Shown here: positions 36,014-45,621 of the stretch, one piece after another
Layout: each line of letters opens with the position of its first letter
How positions within the stretch are numbered: the stretch's first letter is position 1
NCBI GenBank assembly: GCA_040081625.1
Contig: JBEBGD010000004.1
Location: forward strand, 1-64,000
Source of the DNA: Chthoniobacteraceae bacterium
GTDB taxonomy: Bacteria > Verrucomicrobiota > Verrucomicrobiia > Chthoniobacterales > Chthoniobacteraceae
DNA length: 64,000 bases
Direction of reading: 5' to 3'
The notes under the pieces: model-generated
Seen by the model: the letters and a program-made list of their open reading frames with translations, nothing else
The model's database searches: none
What the model was told of the DNA's origin: nothing
Made by a program: the position numbers and the translations under genes

Positions 36014-37289
36014 CGCGCCGTGCATAGAGGCGCGCGGCGCCGACGGTCAACGCGAGAAGCGCAGCGGGCACGAGCGTCGCGGCGATCAGCATCGCAGAAA
36101 GGACCGCGCTCTGGCCGTAGTGCGCGAGATTGTGCAGCCGCGCAAAGACAGGCGTGAGCCCGATCGGCGCGAGGATCGTCGCCGCAGTCAGCTCGAAATA
36201 CGCGAGCATGAACAGCAGCGCGAGCGCCCCGGCCCGCGGCGCGAGCGCGAGATCCCAGATCAATCGCCGGCTGCCTGCCATGCGCGCGAGATGCAGCGCC
36301 TCGCGCGGCGTGTGCGCGCGGATCAACTCGCGCAGCACAAACGCGATCGGCGCGATGAGCAACATCTCGACCGCGATCAACGGGAGCGGCGTATCGCGCA
36401 GCAGCCGCACCACCGGGACTTGGATGAACGCGAGCACCAGCAGCGCGAGCACGAGCGCCCCGAGCAGCCCGGGTAGCGCGACGAGCGCACGTCCGCGCAT
36501 CAGCAGCCACACGCCCGGGGCCGCCGCAGCAGCAATGCCCAGGCTGACGACGAGATCGGCCGCGAAAACTTCCTGCACGCGCAGTTGCGCGAAGCCGGTC
36601 GCCGCCAGCCACGCGACGCGCGCGAGCGGGAGGCCGGCGATGAGCACGGCGATCGCGATGATGAAATGCAAACCGCCTCCGCGCGCCGCGCCAACGCGCC
36701 CGGAGGTCGCGCTCCACCTCGGCACCAGCAGCGCGACGATCACCGCGAGTTGGATCGTCACCGGCAACGCGATCCGGCGGAGCGACAGCGAAGGATCGAG
36801 CCCGCCGGCGTGTGCGTCGAAAAGCATCACCGTCCACGTCTTCACCGCGAACAACGAAGCCAGCTCGAAATCCGTGAACGTGAGCAGGAACAAAACGGCA
36901 AGTGTCGCCCACGGCACGGGACCAGCCGCGCGAACCGCGAACCACGCACGCGCCGCTGCGCCCTCCGCCGGGAGAAGTCGCGCGCAAAAAGCGGCCTCGG
37001 CGCTGAGCGGCGACGGAAAACAATCGCGGGCCAGTGCGGCGAGCGGCGCGAGCTTGAGCATCAGCAGCACGGAGTAAAACGCCGCGAGCATCGACCCGCC
37101 GAACATGAGCGTGACCGGCGCGGCAGCGTAGCTGATCAGCAGCGAGGGCATGAGCAGCGGCGCGATCAGGCAGACCGTGCGCAGCGTCGAGCGCCGCCCA
37201 CCGCCGAGCGGCCAACCGATGGCGAACGCCGCGCCTGCAAGCACCGCACAGCGGAGGGCATCGAGGGCGACCTGCGCGGTGAAATTCAC
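36006..37289 (-). CDS. ABC transporter permease (FbpB-like, duplicated TM module)
   Basis: Very hydrophobic; EAA-like loops (EAAFCARL, EALHLARMAG); GTGA overlap with the SBP stop. Confidence 0.78.
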   Translation of the reverse strand: MNFTAQVALDALRCAVLAGAAFAIGWPLGGGRRSTLRTVCLIAPLLMPSLLISYAAAPVTLMFGGSMLAAFYSVLLMLKLAPLAALARDCFPSPLSAEAAFCARLLPAEGAAARAWFAVRAAGPVPWATLAVLFLLTFTDFELASLFAVKTWTVMLFDAHAGGLDPSLSLRRIALPVTIQLAVIVALLVPRWSATSGRVGAARGGGLHFIIAIAVLIAGLPLARVAWLAATGFAQLRVQEVFAADLVVSLGIAAAAAPGVWLLMRGRALVALPGLLGALVLALLVLAFIQVPVVRLLRDTPLPLIAVEMLLIAPIAFVLRELIRAHTPREALHLARMAGSRRLIWDLALAPRAGALALLFMLAYFELTAATILAPIGLTPVFARLHNLAHYGQSAVLSAMLIAATLVPAALLALTVGAARLYARRDD

Positions 37290-38302
37290 TCGGTGTATTC
37301 CGATTTGAGCCACGCGAGGCACTCCACGCGATCCTTCACAAACCCGGCGAGCGGCACGCACTTCGCCGACCATTCCCGCAGCTCGCGCACTTCGGCGGGA
37401 AGCTGGTTTTCATCCACCGGCCCGAGCGGAATCTGGCGCGACTTCGATTTTGCCAGCGCCATCTCGGCCTCGGCGGAAAGGAGGTAGTCGATGAGCTGCC
37501 GCGCGGTCGCCTCGTGCGGCGCGCCACGGATCAGCGCGACGGTGTTCGGGATGCAAATGCTCGCGCCGTCGATGCGCACCGGCTTCATCGCCACGAGCGC
37601 GCCGCGGTCTTTCGCGTCGAAGAAATCGTCGGTGTCGGTGAATCCGTGATCGCGCGCCCCGCGCGCCACGATGTCCTTCACCATCCCGTTGCCGTTCACC
37701 TCGCGCAGACCGCGCGCCCGGCTCTCGTGGTGCCACGTCTTCAGCCGCTCCGGTCCCCAGAGGTGCCAGAGCGCCGTGTAGTGAGTGAGCGTGGTGCCGT
37801 AGAGCGGCTTGGCGATTGCGCCACGGGAGAGATCGTCGAGATCGGTCGCGGGATTTCGCGTGTTGATGATATGGACGCGAAGCCGCGCCGCGAAGCCGGT
37901 CCAGCGCGCGTCGGCGTCCTTCCATTGCTCGGGGATGCGCTCCCAGCCCGGTCCACGATGCGGCGCGAGCACGCCGCGCTCCGCGAGATCGGCGGTGCCG
38001 AGCATCTCGTTGTTCCAAAACACGTCGCATCGCGGCGCGTCCTTTTCCGCGAGCAGCAGTTCCACGAGCCCGAGCGACTTGGTCGCCTCGGTGTCGTATC
38101 GCACCAGCACCTTCACGCCGCTCCGCATCTCGAAGTCGCGCAGGATCTCCTCCGCGAAGACCGCGTCGTGCGCGCAATAGACAACCACCGAACTGCGCAG
38201 CGCCGGCAGCCGCCAGAGCGTGACGAACAACACCGCGACGAGCCCGAGCAGGAGGAGCGTGCGATCCCGGATGAACGCGGCGGCTTCCGCTTCGCGCCTC
38301 AT
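37286..38302 (-). CDS. ABC transporter substrate-binding protein (Fe(III)/FbpA-like)
   Basis: VVVYCAHD..FAE, DTEATKS.GL, CDVFWNNE, GFAARLR, TDTDD, IPNTVALI. Confidence 0.85.
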   Translation of the reverse strand: MRREAEAAAFIRDRTLLLLGLVAVLFVTLWRLPALRSSVVVYCAHDAVFAEEILRDFEMRSGVKVLVRYDTEATKSLGLVELLLAEKDAPRCDVFWNNEMLGTADLAERGVLAPHRGPGWERIPEQWKDADARWTGFAARLRVHIINTRNPATDLDDLSRGAIAKPLYGTTLTHYTALWHLWGPERLKTWHHESRARGLREVNGNGMVKDIVARGARDHGFTDTDDFFDAKDRGALVAMKPVRIDGASICIPNTVALIRGAPHEATARQLIDYLLSAEAEMALAKSKSRQIPLGPVDENQLPAEVRELREWSAKCVPLAGFVKDRVECLAWLKSEYTE

Positions 38303-39876
38303 TTCGCCGGCAGCGCGTCGAAGTATTTCTGGATCGCCTCGCGATAGCCCGGCGGCACCTGCTCGGCGGAGATCGCTTCACTCACACCCTGCTTCACCTG
38401 CTTCACGGCCTCCTGATAATCCTCGGGACGCGCGCCCTTCGGTCCAAGCTCCTGCGTCTTCCACTGGAGCAAGGTTTTCCCCGCGCTGAGCTGCGTCGGG
38501 CTGCGCTCCTGCTTGAAGCTGGTCTCCGACTCATCGTTCTCGGGCGCCTGTCCGCCGGCGCCGGGCTGGCCGTTCGGGCCCATGCCGGGGCCGACCTGAT
38601 TGTTCTGCGTCAGCTTTTGGTAAAGCGCGGCGTAGTCAGCCATCGTCTTGCACTCGCCGCACTGGCCGCCGTCGAGCTTCTGCTGATCGGCGAGTTGCTT
38701 CGCCGCTTGCAGACTTTTCAGCGCGTCCTCGAGCGCCTGCTGATCCTTCATCGCCTGCGCGAGTTGATCGAGCTCCTGCTCGCTCAAGCTCATCGACTGC
38801 TGCGCCGCATCGAGCGCTTCCTTCGACATCTGGTCGAGCTTCGACATGTCGAGCTGCTCCATCGCTCGTTGAAGTGCGGCCTGCATCTGCGGCGAGGACG
38901 CGGCCTGCTTGAGCCCTTCGCCGAGCTGGTTCATGCGCTGCGCGAGCTGCTCCTGCGCGGCGCGTTTCTCCGCACCCTCGGGCATTTTCGCGATCTTCTG
39001 CATCTCGCTCTTGATCGCCTCCATCTCGTTCTTGATCGCGCTCGCATCGCCCTTCTTCAAATCCTCGCGCCACTGCTGCACCTGCTGCGGATTCGCCTGC
39101 CCGAACTTCTGCCCGCCTTGCTCATTCGCGTCGTTGCGCCGCTCGCTCGCGGCCTGCCGCCATAGTTCGCCGATCTGCTTCTGCTGCTCGGCGAGCCGCT
39201 TGAGATTCGCCTCGCGCTCCTGCGGTTTCGCTTCCTTGAAAGTCTTCTCCAGCGCCGCGAGCGCCTGCTTCACCTTCTCGTTCTCCTTCGCGTCGTCCTG
39301 CTTGAGCTGGTCGGCCCGCGCCGCCGTCGCCTTCTTCGTCTGCTCGAGTTGCTGCTGCTGCTTCGCGAACTTCTCGCGCTCCGCTTCTTTCTTGAACGGG
39401 TCGAGTTGCGGCAGCCACATCGCGAGCGCGGCGACGATTGCGGTGGACAGGAAAATGTCGCGCGCACCGCGCTGCCACGCGAACGGCAGGACGCGGCGCG
39501 GATCGAGCGAGTCGGACCGCTCCTCCGCCTGCGCGAGCACGATCGGGCTGAACTCGCCGGACGCATCCGACACGAGCGCCGAGGTGAGAAAGAGATCCTT
39601 GCTCCCGGTTCGTTCGTCGATGAGCCGCGCCGTGTCGCGAGGCTGCGGCTTGCGGGTGAAGACCAGCGCGACCAGCGCCGCGAGCGCAGCCGGCAGCCAG
39701 AGCCAGCGCACGACGACCTCCGCCGGGAGGATCGCGAGCAGCCGCGCGGCGAGCAGCGCGAGCACCGCGACACCGGCCGCGACGAGCCAGCCGCGATGAA
39801 ACGCGCCGCCGAGGCGGGCGAAATAAATCCGGCCGGCGGTCCGTGCGAGCAGCCGCTGTGTGCGCGGGATGTTCAT
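38299..39876 (-). CDS. membrane-anchored coiled-coil protein of unknown function
   Basis: Start reset to MNIPRT; 2-3 TM helices, ARLIDER motif, Gln/Lys/Glu coiled coil, C-terminal E.VPPGYRE.I.KYF. Confidence 0.75.
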   Translation of the reverse strand: MNIPRTQRLLARTAGRIYFARLGGAFHRGWLVAAGVAVLALLAARLLAILPAEVVVRWLWLPAALAALVALVFTRKPQPRDTARLIDERTGSKDLFLTSALVSDASGEFSPIVLAQAEERSDSLDPRRVLPFAWQRGARDIFLSTAIVAALAMWLPQLDPFKKEAEREKFAKQQQQLEQTKKATAARADQLKQDDAKENEKVKQALAALEKTFKEAKPQEREANLKRLAEQQKQIGELWRQAASERRNDANEQGGQKFGQANPQQVQQWREDLKKGDASAIKNEMEAIKSEMQKIAKMPEGAEKRAAQEQLAQRMNQLGEGLKQAASSPQMQAALQRAMEQLDMSKLDQMSKEALDAAQQSMSLSEQELDQLAQAMKDQQALEDALKSLQAAKQLADQQKLDGGQCGECKTMADYAALYQKLTQNNQVGPGMGPNGQPGAGGQAPENDESETSFKQERSPTQLSAGKTLLQWKTQELGPKGARPEDYQEAVKQVKQGVSEAISAEQVPPGYREAIQKYFDALPAK

Positions 39877-39970
39877 GGCGCCAGCGTGGACCGCAGCCGC
39901 CGCGGACGCAACGCGGATTCCCTGCGCGCGCGGCTTGTCGCGGCGAGGCAACGGCCCATAGGTTGCGCGC

Positions 39971-42025
39971 GTGCGACTTCTCCCGCGTCTCATCTTCATC
40001 TGCATCTCGCTGCTCTCCCCGGCTCTCGCCGCGCCCGTCGTCGTGGGCTTCGAGCGCTCCAGCGGCGGCGACGTGCTTCTCTCCGAACTGCACTGCGCGA
40101 ACTGCCACCGCTCGGACCAGATCGCCGCGCACGCGGGGCCGTCGCTCGCCGGCGTCGGCTCGCGGGTGCGCGTGGATTTTCTCCGGCGCTGGATCGCCGA
40201 TCCCGCGAGCGTGAAGCCCGGCACGACCATGCCTGCATTGAAGGCGGACGCGGCGTCGATCGAAGCGATCACGCATTTCCTCGCGTCGCTGCGCGAGGAA
40301 GGCGCGCCGGCGCGCGTCGCGGGCTCAGTCGAGCGCGGGCGGCACCTCTATCACGCCATCGGTTGCGTCGCGTGTCATGCGCCGGATGCGGACTACCCGC
40401 CGCCGGGGCTCGCGCCGGGAACGCGCCCGCCAAAGCTGGAAGTGCCATCGGTGCCGCTCGGAAAGCCCGGCGAAAAATACACGGTCGCGTCGCTCCAGAG
40501 CTTCCTGCTCGATCCGCTCGCGGTGCGGCCTTCCGCGCGAATGCCGCGCGTGCCGATGAGTGACGAGGAAGCGGCGGATCTCGCCGCGTATCTCACCGCC
40601 GATGCGCCGGACCCGGCGCCCTTTCAGCCAAATGCGCGTCTCGTCGCGCAGGGTCGCGAGAAGTTTGCGTCGCTCGGTTGCGCGGCGTGTCACTCGGCTC
40701 CGGGCATCGAGTTCAAGCCGACAGCGACCCCGCTCGCCCGGCTGACCAATGGCGGCTGCCTCGATGCGAATCCGCCGGCGACCGCGCCGCGCTACGATCT
40801 CGACGACCGCCAGCGCGCCGCGCTGAGCGCCGCGCTCGCGAAGCCCGCCGGCCCTTCATCCGCGCACAGCTCGATGAGCGCGCTCAATTGCTACGCGTGC
40901 CACTCGCGCGACGGACAAGGCGGACCGGAGTCGGGACGCGCGGCGTATTTCGCAAACGTCGGCGATGTCGATCTCGGCGACGAAGGCCGCATCCCGCCGC
41001 CGCTCACCGGCGTCGGCGCGAAGCTGCAAACGTCAGTGATCGAGCGTGTCGTGCGCGGCGACGCCGCGGTGCGTCCGTATATGGCGACGCGGATGCCCGA
41101 CTTCGGCGCCGCACACGCCGCGGAACTCGCGCGCGTTTTCACCGAGACCGACTACCGCCCCGGCGAGCCGATCCCGAACGTGGGCCGCAACACGGTCGGC
41201 CGCGAACTCATCGGCACGGCGGGGCTCACATGCATCGCGTGTCACGGCTTGAGAGGACGCAAGTCGCTCGGTGTGCCGGCGATCGATCTCATGCACACGA
41301 CCACGCGGCTGCGGCGCGAGTGGTTCCACGCGTATCTGCGCGATCCCGGCGCGCTGCGACCGGGCACGCGGATGCCGCCCTTCTGGCCCGGCGGCAAGCC
41401 GGCGAACCCGAGGATCAAGGGCAGCGCGGAGCACCAGATCGACAGCCTCTGGGTCTATCTCACCGAACTCGACCAGAGCCGGTTGCCCGAGGGACTGCTC
41501 GAGAAAGGGCAGTTCGAGATCAAGCCCACGGGCACGCCGGTCGTCTTCCGCACATTCATGGAAGACGTCGGGATGCAGACGATCGCGGTCGGTTTTCCGC
41601 AAGGGCTTCACGTCGCGTTCGACGCGAAGACGGTGCGCCTCGCGCTCGCGTGGCGCGGGGCATTTCTCGACGCCGAGGGCACGTGGGAAGAGCGCGCCGC
41701 ACCGCTCGCCGCGCCGCTCGGCAAGGACGTGGCGAAGCTCGCGCAGGCCGCGCAGTTCACCGAGAAGGCTGATGCGCACACGATCTTCGGCGGCTACCGA
41801 CTCGACGCTCGCGGCGTGCCGACCTTCCTCTACCGCGTCGGCGCGACGGAAGTCGAAGACCGCGTCGAGCCGGACGCGAAAGGCCGCGTGCTGCGTCGCA
41901 CGCTGACGCTTCGCGGAAAGGAGCCGCTGAGTTTTCTGCCTGCGCCGCACGAGAAGATCGTCAGCGGCGGCGCTGCATTCGACGCGCAAGGCGTCGCGAA
42001 GATCACCACTGAAATCACCTGGTAA
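39971..42025 (+). CDS. multiheme c-type cytochrome (5 CxxCH)
   Basis: Signal peptide; CANCH, CVACH, CAACH, CYACH, CIACH; repeated P..RMP distal-Met motifs. Confidence 0.88.
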   Translation: MRLLPRLIFICISLLSPALAAPVVVGFERSSGGDVLLSELHCANCHRSDQIAAHAGPSLAGVGSRVRVDFLRRWIADPASVKPGTTMPALKADAASIEAITHFLASLREEGAPARVAGSVERGRHLYHAIGCVACHAPDADYPPPGLAPGTRPPKLEVPSVPLGKPGEKYTVASLQSFLLDPLAVRPSARMPRVPMSDEEAADLAAYLTADAPDPAPFQPNARLVAQGREKFASLGCAACHSAPGIEFKPTATPLARLTNGGCLDANPPATAPRYDLDDRQRAALSAALAKPAGPSSAHSSMSALNCYACHSRDGQGGPESGRAAYFANVGDVDLGDEGRIPPPLTGVGAKLQTSVIERVVRGDAAVRPYMATRMPDFGAAHAAELARVFTETDYRPGEPIPNVGRNTVGRELIGTAGLTCIACHGLRGRKSLGVPAIDLMHTTTRLRREWFHAYLRDPGALRPGTRMPPFWPGGKPANPRIKGSAEHQIDSLWVYLTELDQSRLPEGLLEKGQFEIKPTGTPVVFRTFMEDVGMQTIAVGFPQGLHVAFDAKTVRLALAWRGAFLDAEGTWEERAAPLAAPLGKDVAKLAQAAQFTEKADAHTIFGGYRLDARGVPTFLYRVGATEVEDRVEPDAKGRVLRRTLTLRGKEPLSFLPAPHEKIVSGGAAFDAQGVAKITTEITW

Positions 42026-43461
42026 TGCGCCGCGCACTTCTCTGCCTCACCCTGCTCACCGCCGCCGCGTTCGCCGACGAGGCGGACTACTACCGCATCG
42101 TCACGCTCGACGCGCCGGCGGACCTGAAGCTCGAAGTCAGCGGAATCGCGCCGCTGCCGGACGGGCGCGTCGCGGTGAGTATCCGCAAAGGCGAGGTGTG
42201 GATCATCGACGGCGCGCTCGGCGACGCGCCGAAGTATTCGCGCTTCGCCAGCGGCCTGCACGAACCGCTCGGCCTCGCGTATCGCGACGGCGCATTTTAT
42301 ACCGTGCAGCGCACCGAGGTGACCAAGCTGCGCGACACCGACGGCGACGGGCGCGCGGATGAATACCTCACCTTCGCCAAGGGCTGGGGCGTGACCGGCA
42401 ACTACCACGAATACGCCTACGGGCCGGCCTTCGACCGCGAGGGCAACCTGTGGGTCACGCTCAATTGCTCGATGGGCAAGAAGCTCGACCCCGACGATCA
42501 GTGGCGCGGCTGGAGCTTGAAGATCCGGCCCGATGGTTCGTGGGAGCCGGTCAGCGGCGGATTCCGCTCGCCGTCCGGCCTCGGCTTCAACACCGCGGGC
42601 GATCTGTTCGTGACGGACCAGCAGGGAAACTGGATGGCCACGGGTCCGCTCTTCCACGTCGAGCCCGGCGTCTTTCACGGGCACACGTCGGCGCTCGAGT
42701 ATTGCAAGCTGCCCGGCGCGACATTTCGCATCGATGGCGAGATCCCGGAGACGCTCACCGTCGCCGAAGCCGCGAAGAAAGTGCCGCACTACCGACTGCC
42801 CGCGGTGTGGTTTCCGTATCGCAAGATGGGCATGAGCTGCACAGGCGTGCTGTGCGACACGACGGGTGGAAAGTTCGGCCCGTTTCGCGACCAGCTTTTC
42901 GTCGGCGACTTCACGATGTCGCTCATCACGCGCGTCTTTCTCGAGAAAGTGCGCGGTCGATATCAAGGCGCGTGCTTCCCCTTCCGGCAGGGATTCCAAA
43001 GCGCGGTCTTCCGCATGGAATGGGGCGCGGACGGCTCGATGTTCGTCGGCGAAACCAACCGCGGCTGGAACTCGCTCGGCTCGCGCGCCTACGGCCTCGA
43101 GCGGCTCGTGTGGACGGGCAAGGTGCCCTTCGAGGTGCAGAAAATGGAAGCGCAGCCCGACGGCTTCCGCCTCACCTTCACCGCGCCGATCGACCCCGCG
43201 AGCCTGCGCGCCGCCGATGCGCTGAAGCTCACGAGCTACACCTACAAGTTCCACTCGAACTACGGCAGCGACGAGATCGACCCGCGCGAGCTGGCGATCC
43301 GCTCGGTCGAGGTCGCGCCCGACGCGCTCAGCGCGCGGTTCGTCGTCGAAGGTCTGCGCGAGGGCTACGTCCACGAGCTGCATCTCCCCGGCGTGCGCTC
43401 CGCGAACGGCGCGCCGCTGCTACACGACGCGGCGTATTACACGCTCAACCAAATTCCCTGA
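42025..43461 (+). CDS. secreted beta-propeller protein (glucose/sorbosone dehydrogenase-like)
   Basis: Signal peptide; FASGLHEPLGL, DTDGDGRAD, YHEYAYG, GFRSPSG, TDQQGNW, TNRGW; TAATG coupling to the cytochrome gene. Confidence 0.75.
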   Translation: MRRALLCLTLLTAAAFADEADYYRIVTLDAPADLKLEVSGIAPLPDGRVAVSIRKGEVWIIDGALGDAPKYSRFASGLHEPLGLAYRDGAFYTVQRTEVTKLRDTDGDGRADEYLTFAKGWGVTGNYHEYAYGPAFDREGNLWVTLNCSMGKKLDPDDQWRGWSLKIRPDGSWEPVSGGFRSPSGLGFNTAGDLFVTDQQGNWMATGPLFHVEPGVFHGHTSALEYCKLPGATFRIDGEIPETLTVAEAAKKVPHYRLPAVWFPYRKMGMSCTGVLCDTTGGKFGPFRDQLFVGDFTMSLITRVFLEKVRGRYQGACFPFRQGFQSAVFRMEWGADGSMFVGETNRGWNSLGSRAYGLERLVWTGKVPFEVQKMEAQPDGFRLTFTAPIDPASLRAADALKLTSYTYKFHSNYGSDEIDPRELAIRSVEVAPDALSARFVVEGLREGYVHELHLPGVRSANGAPLLHDAAYYTLNQIP

Positions 43462-43487
43462 GCGGCATCCCAAGCTGCCGCTTCCAG

Positions 43488-43922
43488 CTACGGTCCTACG
43501 CCGGCACGAAATGGATTCCTCACCACGACGCCGTTGTAACACTGCCCATTGCTGAGGTCTTCGCTCGCGATTTCCGCGCAGCCGTGGCGCACCGCCGTCG
43601 CGATGATCAGCGAATCCCAATACCGCGTCTGATACCGCCGGTGAACCGCGATCGCCTCGGCCACCAGTGTCGGCTCGATCGCGGCCACGATGAGCGCCGC
43701 CTGATACGCGAGCACCGCGCGTTCAGCCTCCTCGGAGGCGAGCAACTTCCGGCGGATGGCCGTCGCGTGGAAAAACTCGCCGAGCACCTGCGTCGAGATC
43801 ACTCCCTCGCCGCGTGCAGACAACTCCGCGATGAGCGCCAGCGCCGCCTGCTGTTTCCCCGCGTCGCTCGAATCACACGCATAGACGAGCACGTTCGTGT
43901 CGAGAAAGCACCTAACGCTCAT
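43488..43922 (-). CDS. PIN-domain toxin (VapC-like)
   Basis: FLDTNVLVY, ISTQVLGEF, YWDSLI.ATA, SEDL..G; start reset to MSVRC. Confidence 0.9.
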   Translation of the reverse strand: MSVRCFLDTNVLVYACDSSDAGKQQAALALIAELSARGEGVISTQVLGEFFHATAIRRKLLASEEAERAVLAYQAALIVAAIEPTLVAEAIAVHRRYQTRYWDSLIIATAVRHGCAEIASEDLSNGQCYNGVVVRNPFRAGVGP

Positions 43923-44127
43923 GCAGTTCGTCGCGGCTCGTCCACGACTTGCCATCCATCGGTCGACTTAACTCCTGCAACGTCCGCATCAACCGCTCTG
44001 TCGCTCCCGGCTTTCCGCGCCCCGACTCCGCCGCGTCCAGCCGCGCTGCCACATGCCCGAGCAAAGCCCGCAGTTCGTCGGCGGACAAGTTGTCGGCGGC
44101 TTGTTCGATTTCGGCGAGCGTGCTCAT
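43912..44127 (-). CDS. antitoxin partner of the PIN toxin
   Basis: 71 aa; MSTLAEIE.A...L N-terminus, W.SRDELHER C-terminus; overlaps the toxin start. Confidence 0.8.
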   Translation of the reverse strand: MSTLAEIEQAADNLSADELRALLGHVAARLDAAESGRGKPGATERLMRTLQELSRPMDGKSWTSRDELHER

Positions 44128-44355
44128 GGGCGTGAAAGTAGCACCCGGGCAGGAGCGGCGGCAAGTGGGGATGCCCGCTCGTCATCTCTCGATTATCCGG
44201 TCACCAAGTTGCGGTCGCGGCTTCGGCGATCACGCGGGCATCCCGAGCGATCGGCAGCGCAAAAACAATCGCCATGCACGTGGCTTCCTCGCTAAGCAGC
44301 ACGCCGGTTCCGGCTTGAACTCGTCGCGAACCCAACCCCACGCATCCCTCCCACC

Positions 44356-45612
44356 ATGCAAACCGCCCTCAAAACCAAGCTCTCCGTGTTCATGTTCCTC
44401 CAGTATTTCATCTGGGGCTCGTGGTATGTGAGCATGGGCGCCTACCTCTCGAACACGCTCAAGTTTCCCGGCGCGCAGATCGGCCTCGCGTATGGCGCGT
44501 TCGCAATCGGCGCGATGATCTCGCCCTTTCTTGTCGGGCTGATCGCGGATCGTTTCTTCGCGTCGGAGAAGCTGCTCGCCGTGCTCGGCATCATCGGCGG
44601 CGCGGTGCTGTGCGCGCTGCCGCAATGCACGGAGTTCGGGACCTTCTACCCGATGCTCATTTTCTACTGCGCGCTCTATGTGCCCACGCTCGCGCTCGGA
44701 AACTCGCTCTCGCTTCACCATCTCGCGAATCCGAAGACCGACTTCCCGCGAGTGAAGATGCTCTCCGCCGTCGGCTGGATCGCGGGACTCGTCGCGCTGA
44801 ACCTGCTCAATGGCGCGGAGTCGCCCATCCAGTTCTACCTCGCGGGCGCATCGTCGATCGTGTTCGGCCTCTTCTCGCTCGCGCTGCCGCACACGCCGCC
44901 GCGCAAGACCGGCGCCGACGTGAGCCTCGGCGAGATCCTCGGGCTCGATGCGCTCGCGCTGCTGCGCAAGCCGTCGTTCGCGATCTTCATCGTGTGCATG
45001 TTCCTCATCTGCATCCCGCTCTACTTCTACTTCGTGAACCTCGGCATCTACCTCACCGAGTTGAAGTGGGAGAACATGCTCGTGAAGACCTCGTTCGCGC
45101 AGGTCTCGGATGTCTGCTTCTTCCTGCTGCTGCCGCTGTTCCTGCGGAAGCTCGGCTACAAGGTCACCATCTTCATGGGCATCGCGTGCTGGGTCGCGCG
45201 CTACTTCTCGCTCAGCGGCAGCGTGGATGCGGGCGCAGCGCAGACCGCGCTCATCTTCACGGCCATCCTGCTCCACGGCGCGTGCTACGACTTCCTCTTC
45301 ATCGCCGGCCAGCTCTACGTGGACGATGAAGCGAACGAGCGCATCCGCGGTGCGGCGCAGGGCTTCATCGCCTTCATCCTTTGGGGCGTCGGCGCCTTCG
45401 TCGGCACGCTGCTCGCGGGCAAGGTGCTCGCCGCGCACGCGTTCGCCGAACCCGTGAACGGCCTGTCGCACGACTGGGCCGCGATCTGGCGCATCCCCGC
45501 CTGGGGTTCCCTCGCGGTGCTCGTGATCTTCCTCATCTTTTTCCGCGAGCCGGCAAAGACTCACGCTCCGGCGATTGCGTCGCCGACCGCGGGCGAAGAC
45601 GCGCCGCCGTAG
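44356..45612 (+). CDS. MFS nucleoside:H+ symporter family (NupG/XapB/YegT-like)
   Basis: LS.FMFLQYFIWGSW, G.IADRFF..EK, YVPTLAL.NS, Q.SD..F, LLHG.CYDF.F..GQ.YVD. Confidence 0.9.
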   Translation: MQTALKTKLSVFMFLQYFIWGSWYVSMGAYLSNTLKFPGAQIGLAYGAFAIGAMISPFLVGLIADRFFASEKLLAVLGIIGGAVLCALPQCTEFGTFYPMLIFYCALYVPTLALGNSLSLHHLANPKTDFPRVKMLSAVGWIAGLVALNLLNGAESPIQFYLAGASSIVFGLFSLALPHTPPRKTGADVSLGEILGLDALALLRKPSFAIFIVCMFLICIPLYFYFVNLGIYLTELKWENMLVKTSFAQVSDVCFFLLLPLFLRKLGYKVTIFMGIACWVARYFSLSGSVDAGAAQTALIFTAILLHGACYDFLFIAGQLYVDDEANERIRGAAQGFIAFILWGVGAFVGTLLAGKVLAAHAFAEPVNGLSHDWAAIWRIPAWGSLAVLVIFLIFFREPAKTHAPAIASPTAGEDAPP

Positions 45613-45621
45613 AACAGCGGG

